Assembly (NCBI GenBank): GCA_964304625.1
Contig: OZ199839.1
Location: 2,048,093-2,112,092 of the forward strand
Reading direction: 5' to 3'
DNA from: Kudoa neothunni
Lineage: Eukaryota > Animalia > Cnidaria
DNA length: 64,000 bases
The notes under the pieces are model-generated. The model saw nothing but the letters and a program-made list of their open reading frames with translations, searched no databases and was not told the DNA's origin. Positions 50,855 to 64,000 of the stretch are shown here, piece by piece. The position numbers and the translations under genes were made by a program. The stretch's first letter is position 1. The number at the start of each line of letters is the position of its first letter.

Positions 50855-53044
50855 CAGTGCAACCTCGGACTTCGATCATAATTCGTTCTAGAAATGTGTG
50901 AATTCCGAATAATTTTCGTTCGTGAAAAATAATTAAAATTAATTTAATCCGTTACCGCGAAACAAATAAGTGACTGTTTTTATACTTATTTATGATAAAA
51001 GATTTATACCTTGTGTTTATAAAATGAAACATAGGATAAATATTTTTTGGATGTCATACGATAGATTTTAAAAGTTTCTTTTTCGATGACGTTTGCATGA
51101 TTTGATTGAGAGAATCGTCATCTAGAGTTCCAATTCCTTCTATGTGTTTTGCTCCAACTCAATGCTTCCCAACCTTTTTTAGCCGTGACCCATATTTTTT
51201 CAAACAAATATCCGATGACCCACGTAAATATTGTAAGTGATTGCTAGAATTAAAAGTTATTCTTTAAATTATATTTTTATCCATTATTATATATGATAAT
51301 TTATATTGTATACTTTATCATAATTATTTTTAAACTGTTAATCTTGAAATATTGTTCAGTATTAATTTTACTGGAATTTTAAAGTAATAATATTTCACTT
51401 GAACTCAATATTATTGAACCATCAAGCTACTCCCATATTCACTTATCACTTGGTTTTCAATGATTCTCGTGATATTCTCGCATTTTAATTATTTTAAATA
51501 TAATTTTTCTATTTGTAGTATTTATTATTAGTTATTTTTACAAAATTAGTTGTTGGGCTCAATGATATAAATAAAAATTAAAAAATTATTAGTATTTGTT
51601 AAAACTTCTCCTCCACATTCAATGCAATGAACACAAAATGTTTTTATTTATAATTTCTCTCTATCCATGTAAAATATTTAGTCACATATTTTGAATGATT
51701 TCTTTTAAATTCAATGAAATATAATTATAATTTTCAATGTCTTTCATATAACGCGGTTTTAGAATAATCGGGAATTCACCCTATTTCATGTAAATGCGCA
51801 TGCTTCATTCACTATATATTGGTTCTTGGTGTAAAATACGTTTTTGTTCTACAAATGGTATACTATCAATATCATAATTTTATTTAAAAACAAATTATTT
51901 AGGTTTTCACTTTTTTTAAATTAATTTTGTAGTTAAAACAAAAATATAAGTTCATTATTTCCCATCAATTGTCTTGACGATTTAATTTTCTTTATTGAGT
52001 CTAACATATGTAAAAAAAATATATGTGCAATTTAAAATGTTTTAAAATAATTCGTTCAACTTTTGTTCGTAAATTAAAATTGGTGCATATTCCAATACTT
52101 TCTTATTTTTTAAGTATAAGCACATTATTTATCAAAGTTGAATCTTTTAGAAATTAAGTCTAGTTCTATAATAATTTTCTGTTCAATAAAATATTTTAAT
52201 ATTTATTTCGTTTATCATAAATAATACGACTGAAAAAAAATTGTAAAAAATATCGTTTGGATGTAAGAATTATATTTTCTTGAATAATTACGAGCACATT
52301 ACTTTGAGGAATAAAAATCTTTAATTTCATCTAAAATGATGTTATGAACTAACGAAATTCTTCTTATAGAAGAATTTCAGATGGATAACGCTTATACTTT
52401 TTAGATTGGGGGTTTTAATTCCACGAGGAAACCGAAGTGTTGTAAATGGCTTCAGTTTTAACAGTTAATTTTAATGTTCAGCATACTCTCTTAAAATATT
52501 CGCTTCATGTAAATATATTTTGAAAAGTTTCATCTAATTATTAAATAATGAAAAATTGAAAAACTTATGAAATCACACCGCTTCGTACCATGAAATCAAA
52601 TAGGTCCAAGAAATAGGTTAATAGTTACGTTTCTAAAATTTAATGAATAGAAAAATTAAATCACATATGTGTTTGATTTTTATTTGAATGAATATTCGTT
52701 TTTACCGAAAAAAAGAACGAAAGAATGAATATTGTCTGCTTAGGAAACATGTTGACCGTTCTAGGTCGCATGGTGAGATTAGTTTTTTACCATTCCCCAT
52801 CTTGATATATGATCTGCTACTCATTAAATAACAATATATAACTTAATTCAATAAATCTTAAGTCCAAATTAGTCAGAAAATTTTTCAAGACCCAAACAAA
52901 ATCTTTCATGACCCACATGTGGGTAAAATTGCTCCAACTGGGTTTTTTCTGAATATCCATTCTATATGTGTTCGAGCTCACAAGTTTTTCTGACTCCAAA
53001 TTTTTGGACGAACTCCGATTTGTACGATCTCTGAGGTTGCACTG
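50855..53044. mobile_element. Tc1/pogo-type MITE carrying a hAT insertion
   Basis: TA-cagtgcaacctc ... gaggttgcactg-TA. Confidence 0.78.
51160..52931. mobile_element. Decayed hAT element
   Basis: Exact 8-bp TSD ctccaact (51152-51159 and 52932-52939); left end caatgcttcccaacc. Confidence 0.75.
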
Positions 53045-54254
53045 TATTGTAAATATCGTTCTCTTCAAGTACGAGAGTTAACCCCCTAATGTACTGAAAT
53101 TCAACTGCGTTTCAATGAACACTACGGTAGAAAAACACGCGAATTTTTATTTTATTATTCGGTACAAAAAAGTTACATAAGAAGTAATATTTTAGATTTT
53201 ACTGGATAGAAAACGAGAATCAAATGTTACTGAGTAATTAATTTCGTTCATATTCTCGTCAATCTTAAGCATACCACTTTCATCGAAAACTGTCGCATTA
53301 ACATTAAGTATGATTTACTATGCATTTTTCTAATTAAAGCCTTTAAAATTCGAATATTAATAGGAAGTGACTGTTTTTATGGTATATAATATTAGGGTGA
53401 CATTAATTTCGATTATATTTGATTATTTCTGACCCATAAAAACCGAAAGGTAGGCCAGAATTAAGTAAACATAGCATATTTCAAAAAATAAAATCGGTAA
53501 ACAGCTTGTAATTAAGAGTTGGTGGGATTAAAAATTTCTAATGCGCAAGCTTACATGTCGTTTAGGTTTAAATTGTAAAGTGCCAATAGCCTCTGCCATG
53601 TTTAAATATACATGATAGAACAAAACTATCGTTAAATAATAATTATTATTTAATTATTTATACTTAGGAATTTATCGTATATTAATCATTTATGTTTTTC
53701 CATAAATCAACAAATTTTGAATCGGAAGAATTAAATAATAGTAGTTTAATATATATCACATGATTTAATTATCTATTCCTCACCATTTTTTGGAAGTGGT
53801 TAATAAATGATTTCATTGTTTTATTCCTAATTTAATCATTTATATTATTTTCAATTCGAACACAAGAATATTAAATATTTTTAGGTCAGGTTAAAAATAA
53901 TGGCTTAATTAATGATATAAATTTACCAATCCTAGAGTAATTTAATTTCCAATAAAAACCGAGAGAATAATCGTAAAAACGCTCCCCTTATAGAAACCTT
54001 GTCGATTGTATAGGATTTGTATAATTTTTTTTCTATACAAGTGGGAACCTTACCCCAACTAACTTGGAAGCTCACATTAATTGACTATGTTTTATCAACG
54101 AACTATTTATTTCAATGTAATTAAATTAAAATAAATTATTACAAATACTAATATATATTCTACAACAAGTAAATTTTACAAAAATTGGTCTTGCCTACTG
54201 TTACTTTATTAATACTATATATTATTCGCCCTTAGAAATATATGCAATTAACAT

Positions 54255-55428
54255 TTAACCCTCTTAGGTCGGCGAAAACAATCATCCTCAAAAGAACCTA
54301 GTTTTTTATCTGACGGATTAACTTAATAAATATAGATATATCATTTTATTCGGTTTAAAAAATTTCTGTCGGCTAAAGTTGGAGAAAAGAGACGAACATT
54401 TGTGGAATTAATCCGTTGTAATCTCGTCGGTATTGTGTCGGGCTGGATCGCAAGCGATTGTTGTGTAAAACCGTAGAGGAATAATACTAAATTTTTGAGA
54501 ATTAAACAATTTAGGTTTATTTACTTTATGACTAATATTTTTTAGTAAAAATATTCTATTTAATATTCTGACTTATTGTTCAAGAGCATATTGTTACTCT
54601 GTACAAATAATGCCACCGACCCCGCGTGCCCGCACAAAAAATGAGTGTAACTGATAAGTGTCTTAATGAATTTCTATCTTTTGGAAGTGAATTTGAAGAA
54701 ATCTGTACGGAATTATCTGAAACGTCCGCTGAATTGGTGGAATATGGGAATACCAACGATCCTATAATCAGCAAGAGTGGTATTATGTAGGGTTTCAGTG
54801 AATCGATGATATCTAGAATCGGTACAGCGAATTTCATGAAAAAGCCGCCTGCCCTCACTTTCTATTGTATTCAGCATGTTGAAAGCATCCTAGATTGCTT
54901 CACGTCTTTTCACAAACATAATTCGTGAATAAATAATCAAATATGCCAATTTTTTGGACAATTTCATTTAAAAGAGGACTAACTCTAATTATTAAATTTA
55001 TTCAAATAGATTATATTTATTTTTTAAGTGTAAATGAAAGTTTACCATAGCTATTTTAATTAACGGTCACACGCCAATAATTAAATCCTTACGAAAAACA
55101 AGCATTAATTTATTAATTTCATAACATATTTCTAAATCATTATGTAAATAAAATTAATATTACTTGTATAGGTACATTTGTATTTATTTTTAAAGCATAC
55201 CGACCAAAAAACGTTATGGGGCCCATTGGATCTCAAAGTCCTTAGAGGATAATTTTTGTTCTACATCTAATTTTCATTCATTCGGCTGAAGATTTTCAAA
55301 AAACGAACATTATTGAATGTTAGGAGATTAGTTAGAATTATACGAATTTCTCGTTATTACATGCATAACACTGGATAAATTAATTATGGTTTGGGGTCCA
55401 ATAGACCCCAAAATCCTTAGAGGATTAA
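54255..55428 (+). mobile_element. Non-autonomous piggyBac element, copy 2 of an inverted pair
   Basis: TTAA-ccctcttagg ... ccttagagga-TTAA; near-identical inverted copy of 45660-46850. Confidence 0.85.
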
Positions 55429-55975
55429 AGTAACCACCGAGAAACAAGTAAATCGGAATTTTTTACGTCGAACATACAATAATTGATGTCCTGTCTTTCC
55501 ATTTTCCGTTAATAATCCATCCAAATGCCATTGAAAAAAATATTTCTGTTTAAGTCGGCTATTTGATTAAACAAAAAATTTTTAATTAAATATTAGAAAA
55601 TATGTATATATTGTTTAATATAAGCAAATATAAATTGATATAAATTAAAGTTCTAATTGAGAACAATTAAATTATGATATAATTTAATATATCGTCATAT
55701 AGTCCGAACTAAGAATGCCCGTTACTCATTTTTCATGAGAGCCTCAGGTGAACTAAAAGATAAAAACATTATTTATTATAATATTGATAGTCATGCATTA
55801 GAAAATGCTAATAATCTGTAATAATAAACAGAAAGTAAAACTTTGATATGAAAATATCAAAAATCACAAAACTATGATGTGAACTAAGTGAAAGGTGTAT
55901 GTTTTGGATGTAGAAATGGATATAATTATTGAATATCTTAATTTCTGAAAAGAGAAATCAGGCAGACGTGCAATC

Positions 55976-58097
55976 TTAGTTGGAATCTTCATTTTTCTCT
56001 TCACCGCTTGCTTCAGGCGGCCTCCTTTCATTAATAAGATCAAGTTTTCTGATTTCTTCAAAAATAGACTCCTGATCGGCGCCTTCATCCAATTTTTTCC
56101 TCACTAAGTTAAATATTAATCAGTATTGTTCTGCAATCAAGAAATATATATGTTATTAAAATAACCTTGGGTTATAGTTTCTTTGCCACCAGTAAGGAAT
56201 CCAACAGGAAGAGCACCATTGGGTATGAGTCCCTTAAGCATAATGACAGTTTCACTTTCCTCCCTATATTCGATATCATGTTTGGAGGTTGAAAATATTT
56301 TAGAAAATCAAAATATACCTGAGAATTCCAAACAACCTGGACATACGGCCAACAGCCCGAATTTTGTTTTTGACGATATCTTTACGAGTCATTTCTTGAG
56401 TGACAATTTCAGCCTCATCAGCCTCATCGGAAGCGATTTTCAGGATGGCTTCCAGAATCTCCATAACTTAATTTATACAGAAATAAATTTTGATTATAAA
56501 ACAAAAATCTACTTTTTTCTCCCACAAAAGGAATAGACCAAGTGAAAACATTCATAAAATTTGGGAGCCAATAGGGATGAGGAGAATGCTTGAATTGCCT
56601 AATATTAAGTACATTGTTTTCGTATTTGAGTATAGCAGCTATAGTAAAATAAAGTGAGTAAGTGTTAAGGAGAATAATTTCACAAACGAACAGTTACCTC
56701 CGTTATTGTATACATCCAAGTAGTTGGGGGCGGAAAATATGGTGATCAACGAGGGGAAACCAGTTGTAGTGGTTTTTTTTGTACATACGATAACTAACAA
56801 AATAAGAAAAATGAGATAAATCAGCAGGTGTATAAAAATCAAGCAAATCATTAAAAGATGCCAGCAATAATCAATCTACCCTGTGTCTTGGGCTTCATGA
56901 GCTCGAACTACAGACAAGAGTTTGTTTTTCTCAAGAAATTTACAACAAGCATTATATCTAATCGAAAAACAATTACAACCCACCGAACAAACACAAAAAA
57001 TACGTAAAATAATAGGAACATCCCCGCACAGGATTATGCACAAAAGATTCATCTTTTCGTTCGGATCCATATTTGTCTATGGGATCAGCCCATAATACGT
57101 CACAGAATGGACCAAATGAAGGAGGTTCTTGAAATCTATCAATCTAAAAAAATAAAATATCAATAATGCAAGTTAAAACATTATCTAGTTTAGTAAATGC
57201 TAGGTTACCTTTTCGAAATCATCCAAAACCGTAATTTCAGGTGACAGTCCTCCGTGAATACATAGAAATTGTTTATTTACGTAGGCAGCAATTGGAAGTG
57301 TGTTGAAACTTTCCAAATATTTTTCATATATGGCCTTATTGTATTTTTTGAGACCTAACAACCAAATTTATAGATAATCTGGATTTTATTTGTTTAGGTA
57401 TAAATTATACATTCGTTTTTGAATGTGAAATATTCGGTCAAATGTTTGCACTCGTGATTACCACGCAAGAGAGTGATTTTGGTGGGATAATTGATTTTTA
57501 TAGCCCAAAGCAGCAAAACACACTATAATTATAGTGATTATTTTGTATGCTGTAGACAGAAACCAATTACCTCACAAGAAAAACATCCACGATCAACATA
57601 ATCACCCAGGAATATGTAACCGGTAGTGGCTGGGTCTCCTCCTATCTCTAACAACTTTAGCAGATCATAGAATTGACCATGAACATCTCCACATACTATT
57701 TCACATAGATTCATTAAATATTTTCATCAACACGCTAACAATATCACTTGTGATTGGAGCATCTCTTACAACCATATTAGGTTCTTCTTTGAATAATTTA
57801 GTGGTATCGTCAAGTATCTTTAGCACAACATCATCTTGAAGACGACCTTCTTCGAAAAATATCTTTTTCAACTTTTGAATATCGGGCTTATCGCCGTTTC
57901 CATAAATTTCTTCTAGAGTGGCTTTTTTTCTGTATGGAAGGGGTATATCTATATTAATTAATTAATTGTTCAACGATCAAGTCAGAAACAATATATATGG
58001 ACATATTTTAAAAATAAAAATTGCCTTTAACCACGCGATCATATGTCCACCAATCTATGGATTCTTCCACTGCAACTGAAGCTTGTTCTTGCGACAT
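55976..58097 (-). CDS. PPP3CA: Calcineurin A (PP2B catalytic subunit), multi-exon
   Basis: [50 protein letters not shown], CaM-binding [15 protein letters not shown] and autoinhibitory [16 protein letters not shown]. Confidence 0.96.
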
Positions 58098-59279
58098 TCC
58101 AAAAGTTAGATTATTGAAAACCAGTAATCGGCTTTCACTATGTGTGATTATTCACGATTAACATTATTCGATTAATTTTCGTCATTGCATTGATAAAATT
58201 TTCTGTTGGTCGATGTGGAAATTCCTCTATTTTCATTTATCAAAAATGGTTAATAATAATATTAATTTATTTCGACACTCCATAAATTAGTGTTAAGAAC
58301 ATAACAGTTCGATTAATATCGATCATTCACCATTCAACCAGTTTGAATAGATAGACTCGGTTGAATACTTTGATGATGTATACTATTCGTTGATTGTTGT
58401 GTAGGTATATACCCTCAAATAAGGAAGGATACACTAATTAAAAATATCATAAACTATTGACAAGGGATAATCTCCATTAAGTCTATTTAATTTATATTTT
58501 TTTTAAGAAAGTGTCCACTGCAGTGGTTCTTAACCTGGGGTCCGTGAGTGATTTAAATAAAATCTGAATACAATTTTATCATCATACGTTCATTATAATT
58601 AGGTATTTTTAAACGTTAGCGTACTTATTAAAAATTTGAAACATACTCTTACGTTATTGTTTCTTATAAATATTTTATATTTATTACAAAATTTCCCTGT
58701 GTTATAATTTATTTTGTAAAAAAATTTATAAAACAAAAGTTATTCAGTAGGTTATTTGATAAAAATTAAAAATTCCAAAATATATTTCTTAATTGTTGGT
58801 ATCGCGCGAGAATAGAAACCCAATATATTAAATAATAGTATAACTAGGATAGAAGAGGTAGTGACCGTATTCGTAAAATAGTAATTATTCCGGTCGTACT
58901 AAAGTGAATAACGAGAACTACTAATTCATGTTAACGGGAATCAACACGCCCAGCTGATTGGGTGTGATAATGTATGTCCTTCCTAATAGTGTCCTTTGAG
59001 ATCATAACATTAATGTTGCGGAGTATGCAATTAGATTGATTACTCCTTTTACAAAAACTTATTATTGCGAAACCAGATTTCCATGCTGGTTACCATAAAA
59101 AAATTCACGGAATCGCTTATATGCGTGTTGATTTTTTAAATACTTGTCAGAATTATATGAACTTATTGATAAAACAACTACAAAAATCTCATTAAATATT
59201 CTTTTAATGTCCCCTATTTATAGAGAAGTATGATTTTTGCATTAATCTCACATTCTATTATATATAAATTCTTCGTTTA

Positions 59280-60405
59280 TTAATCCTCCCCATCCGGAGT
59301 GGGTTCCTCGTGGACCCTAAAATCCGACTAATTTGAACCTGATTTTCGATAGACAAATTTAAACCATCCGTAAATTTCGGAATTCCTCTAGAAATTTACA
59401 AAACTTGGAATGGCATAAAAACAATTCATTTTAAAAGATTATTATTGGCTAATTTTAATGATTTTTATTCCTATAGAGACAAAAATATGTTCCGTTTTTA
59501 AGAAAACACACACGTACTTAGAAAATTAATTTTTCACTTATGATTGTATATTTAAAGATTTAGAATATAATATTTAATTGAGTAAATCATGAAACTTCGC
59601 TTAATATAGAATTTCACCGAGGATTACCGAGTCTTAAACCCAATTAACTTTTCTAATTTCATATTTACTTTTCATTACTATAAGCTTGTCACTAGAGGGA
59701 TGTAAGTAGTTTTTCCGTTAAACTTTTAATTTTAATTATTATAAAGGAGAATCAATGAAGTAGTTTAGATATTAGATATAATGGAATTTATTTGTTTTAC
59801 TTAACTTTATAATTATGAAAACCTACTTCTTATATTATTAAATTTAAAGGGATAAATTGTTTAAAATAGAGCAATACAATGAAAATTAAAAATTACATCA
59901 CAGAAATAACACAACAAATTAGATTTGAAAAAGAGAGAAAGTATAAATCAAATATCAAGAGTTAATTTGAAGTGTGCCTTTTATATATGACTTAAAAATT
60001 ATGGTAAATTGCAATTTAGAGCCAAGAGACATTTATTCATTTTAATCTGTTTATTGATAATTTGTTGTTTCCGATTTTATTATAACGATCATGCTGCCGC
60101 TGTTGCTGTCCGCTCGGATCAATTTTACTAATGATTTCTGCTTTTTGAGTGGTTTTAATTTTTGTACCATTAAATTCTTTCTTAATTTTAAATAGCCGAT
60201 ATCTGTGCATTATGGGACTCTGTTTTGTAGTCTACTAATGTTCCATAATCAAATTAATTGCCTATGCAGAACATATAAATAGTTGAAAAATTGTTTAAAG
60301 CATGGCGCTAAGAAATTAAAGACCATTAAGACAGTTTTTTTCTGGCGTCCGGACGAACCCCATCGGAACGCATGTGATTTTTTCCCGCAATACCGGGAGG
60401 GTTAT
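59280..60405. mobile_element. Degenerate piggyBac-type MITE
   Basis: TTAA-tcctcccc..gggttcctcgtggaccc ... gcgtccggacgaacccc..gggaggg-TTAT. Confidence 0.5.
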
Positions 60406-60793
60406 CTCTTTATTGTAGTAAACACAATAATTAACCAAACAAAAAAATTTTATATAGTAACAATATTTAGATTGTTACAAGAACATTTTTCACTCGTTAA
60501 TTTTTTATGGATTCTACTTTTAAACATTTATCCATGTATAGATATAAATCCGACAAATTTCATTAAATTTTTTATTTTAAAATATTATGCATCGTTGATT
60601 ATATTGGATTTGGTTTGAATTTTAATAATTTCTAGAAAAAATACAGGGAAAGATTTCATTGTTTTTATTTTTTTTTGTTTTAATGCCAAGAATAATTCAC
60701 GTATTAGTGATTCAACATTTTTAGTACATATTTTAAAACAAAAGCATTACATGATTAATTTTCATAGAAAATATTTTGATAACATTGAGAATA

Positions 60794-61365
60794 CGGTCGA
60801 ACCTCGATTATCCGGAAAGCGCGTTATCCAGGAGAATTTTAAAATTTTATTTTGATTTTATTGCCATTACGTGTCTATAAATCTTCGATTATCTGGAACC
60901 TCGGTAACAGGAAAGAGTAAGAACTATTTAATCATATTTCCGGATAAAAGTAGCACCCATCACCGTACAGCATATACAATATAGCATATATAGCAATGCA
61001 ATATTTAAAACAAAAATATTTCTAGGTTATTTATCAATTAATTTTTCTTTTAAAATTCAAGTTAAGCATTCAGTTCTTATGTAAATTTTTACTATATCTG
61101 CTCACATGCCTGTATGTACATTAAACAAACATTAATTATCGATTATTTAAAAAAGTAGGTTTCTCCTCTATAGACGTGTAAAAAATGCCATCATGATGTA
61201 CTGTTTTTCCTTTAAGATTCCATATTCTTAGTTAATAGATATGTCACCATTTTTAATTTATGTGGAAGAAATTAAAATATTTTACTTAATAAATAGTAAA
61301 AATTGTTTATAAGTCAAATAAACAATCAAAATAAGCAAAAATTTCAAATAAACGAGTTTCGTCTG
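60794..61365. mobile_element. pogo/Tigger-type MITE
   Basis: TA-cggtcgaacctcg ... cgagtttcgtctg-TA; homologue at 18995-19479. Confidence 0.7.
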
Positions 61366-61519
61366 TACCAGATAAATAATTCAGGTTTTTTCTTTCGTTC
61401 TCAACTTTTTAAATCTTTTTGATCTGTTCATTGAAGTGAACAATGGGAACGAAAGAGTCAAATATTTATATGCATGATTGGATTACGCATTAAAAAATAT
61501 GGGGTCCGTGATAAGCCCA

Positions 61520-61904
61520 TTAACCCTCCAACTGGCTTTGGGGAAAAGGCCACAAATTTTTTGATTTAATGTATGCAGAAAACTATTATAAACTAATGAG
61601 AAAATATGGAAAAGTAACATTTTAGTTAAAAATAAAGGATAAAATATTTTCAAGGGTCCCTAATAAATTTTTTTTTTAATAGCTAGCAATTTAGACATTT
61701 CTTGACGAATGGGAACGACAATTGAAACTTCCACATTTTTAGCATTTGGATGAGGTTTTCATATCGTTTTCACGAGGACAATGTTCACATCTTCGTTTAG
61801 TAGAATTTGATACGGTAAAGTTGTATGTTTCCGTAGAGGTTTGTACAACTCTCCGGCCATTTGTTTCAAAAAATCACGTCTCAATTTGGCTGACCTTGCA
61901 CATA
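61520..61904 (-). mobile_element. piggyBac 3' fragment
   Basis: TTAA-ccc end at 61520; minus frame KRRCEHCPRENDMKTSSKC (piggyBac Cys-rich domain). Confidence 0.6.
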
Positions 61905-62200
61905 GGGCCCCTAATCCCATATGTGCGGCTTTCCGTCCTTTCTATTAAAAATGATTCCTCCTGTGAAGAAATTGCAAAATATTTTCTATTCCGAAGATGC
62001 TGCAATAAAATTCCTATTTGACAAAGGGATAATAAACAAACCAAGCCATTGAGTTTACTGCGGAAACATTGGTTTCTCTGTAGATCGCAAACAATGGCGT
62101 TGTACAAAAAAAGATTGTAGGAAAAAAGTGTCATTCTTCAATCGTACTTGCTTTTTTTGGTGCAAAAACCATGCGAATCTATGGAACGGGTTTTTGGGAT
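61905..62200 (+). mobile_element. Merlin/ISXO2-like transposase 5' fragment
   Basis: From 61951: MIPP..SEDAAIKFLFDKGII...YCG...QWRCTKKDCRKKVSFFNRTCF, the zinc-ribbon N-terminus typical of Merlin/IS1595-like transposases. One in-frame stop. Confidence 0.6.
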
Positions 62201-63170
62201 CATTCAAAAACGTATATTACATATAGAATAATGTGAAAATATATTAATAATCAACGTTAATTTACAAAAAATCAACTATTAGTCTCGCAATAAATTATTT
62301 TTGATTTCGATTTGACACTATCAATTATTTCAATTAATTGCAATTATTGAAATTTATCCGCAAAAATTTGTCATGGTCTAACGATGTAGAGTGATTTATT
62401 GGAAACAAATTTAGCATCTTTATTTTTAAAATAAAGAATGAATATTGAGTACAAAAGTTCAGCTAAAAAAATCGGGTTTAAAAAATTGATAAAAACACAT
62501 TCGAGTGACATCGTGCCCACGTGTAATCTCCTTGTTGTTTACAAAAACTCAAAAAATCCTGCTCTATTAATTTAGTTATAATACAAAATATAAACTACAG
62601 TAATCAAAGAAATCTTAAAAAGTGGATTTTTAAATTATTTCAGATAGTCCCAAATAGATATTTTATAAAAATTAAACTATTTTTAAGCTTAACCGATTAT
62701 GCTAATCTAAATAATGTAACATTAAAATGAACGTTTATTTTAATTTTTAGTATCTGAATTTATAAAAATGTAAATTTTTTGTCTAAAGCTGGATATAGAA
62801 TAATGAAAGCGTCGCAAATCTTATCCATGGGATTTGGAGTTGTCGCTGAAATTCGTATCTTTTACATAAAATCACTGTTTAAACTTTAAACGAACATGTA
62901 AGAAAGATTACTGGTCAAATTTAATTTTTCTGAAATTTGGATAAAGAAATTAAAATATTTGCAATTTTCAGATCGAGTTAGAGCATTACTAAGGTGATTT
63001 TTATAACTAATACATCGATGAAAATGTTGTAATGATTATTAATAACCAATAAAAGTCAGAATTGTCCTTTAAACTTAAAAACTTTATTTTGGTATAACAT
63101 AGGATGAATCGAGTCCAGTAATAATAAATATATTAATTTCTTAATAAAAAAATTATTTTAAGGAAGTGAT

Positions 63171-63993
63171 GTGCTTAGTGAATTGAAAATAAGGAAATGG
63201 AAAGTAACCAATGCCGCTTACGGGTTTACCAAGGTAGTTATTAGCGGAGTAGAAAGAGCACAGTGTATTCTTTGTGGTGCCATCTTTGCGAATTCTAAAC
63301 TCAAACCATCAAAGCTTGGTGATCACTTTCAAAATAAGCATGGAGGAAACACGGCAACGGGGAATGACCCTGAATACTTGAGGGCTAAAAAAATTCATTT
63401 TGACTGAGAAACCGATATTAACGGCGACCTTTAAAATTGCATACGAGATTGCTAAAATGAAGAAACCTCACACAATCGCGGAAACCCTAATCAAACCATG
63501 CATGATAGAAAATGCAAATCTGATTCTGGGGAAAGAAGCCACAGATAAACTCCAAAAGATTCCTGTATCGAACAATGTCATCAGGAACAGAATCGATGAT
63601 ATCATTGCTGATTTACTAAATCAGGTGGTTTCGGACATAAAAACATCACCATTTAAGATATCTATTCAAATGGATGAAACCACAGATGTTGTAAATTGTA
63701 GCTATGTTATTGCTTTTGTTCGATACATTAAAGGTGGTGTTATCGAGGAAGATTTCTTATTCTGTAACGAATTGAAGACGACGACAACTGCAATCGATGT
63801 TTTTCATGAGATGGAAAGTTTTTTTGACAAAAATGAAATTCCTTTTGACGTTATAGGGTCGGTATGTACGGATAGCGCCCCTAACATGTTAGGATGCTAT
63901 TCCGGTTTTGTGACACTTATCAAAAATAGAGTCGCAGAAGTTAAATCGGCTCATTGCATTCTTCATCGCCACACCTTAATGTCAAAATTGTGA
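63171..63993 (+). pseudogene. hAT (Buster/Charlie; ZBED8/SCAND3-like) transposase, disrupted
   Basis: QCILCG..NSKLKPSKL..H..KH, KPHTIAETLIKPC, SIQMDETTD, EDFLFC, CTDSAPNM.G, HCILHRH. Frameshift or deletion near 63400 and a stop at 63993. Confidence 0.9.
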
Positions 63994-64000
63994 ATTTAAT

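Larger units (their letters stand above)
58521..61515 (+). mobile_element. Decayed hAT (Buster/Charlie-like) element with nested MITEs
   Basis: Left end cagtggttcttaacctggggtccgtg, C-terminal remnant PFTKTYYCE..F near 59045, subterminal ggggtccgtg at 61501. Confidence 0.6.

Noticed and set aside
59581-59650. U5 snRNA-like stem-loop (ccgagtcttaaacccaatt)
   Set aside because: The invariant loop GCCUUUUAC and an Sm site are missing, and it lies inside a MITE.
1-64000. CRISPR arrays, rRNA, prokaryotic operons or stop-codon reassignment
   Set aside because: No regularly spaced repeats or rRNA motifs were seen. Genes are spliceosomal-intron eukaryotic and end at standard stops; in-frame stops in host genes fall in introns, and the rest lie in decayed elements.

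Overview
Very AT-rich eukaryotic, most likely metazoan, nuclear DNA. Small islands of compact, divergent, intron-rich genes (introns mostly about 40-65 nt) sit in a matrix of decayed and nested transposable elements. The gene set, divergence and tiny introns fit a reduced parasite such as a myxozoan cnidarian; this is inference, not proof. Host genes: an orphan ORF (7480-8540), IGBP1/alpha4/TAP42 (14610-20115, with one 4.1 kb TE-filled intron), a universal stress protein, GAR1, a divergent class A GPCR, HCF1, EXOC1/Sec3 and calcineurin A. Mobile DNA includes piggyBac, hAT, pogo/Tigger, MULE, Merlin-like, Helitron-like and tRNA-derived SINE elements, plus one apparently intact IS630/Tc1 transposon with an unusual DD32E triad. 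The best leads are that intact DD32E element, a tRNA-SINE family with a shared core domain, an inverted about 99% identical piggyBac pair flanking Sec3 whose ends are more diverged than its middle, and an unexplained dispersed hairpin repeat family. All alignments and exon joins were done by eye.
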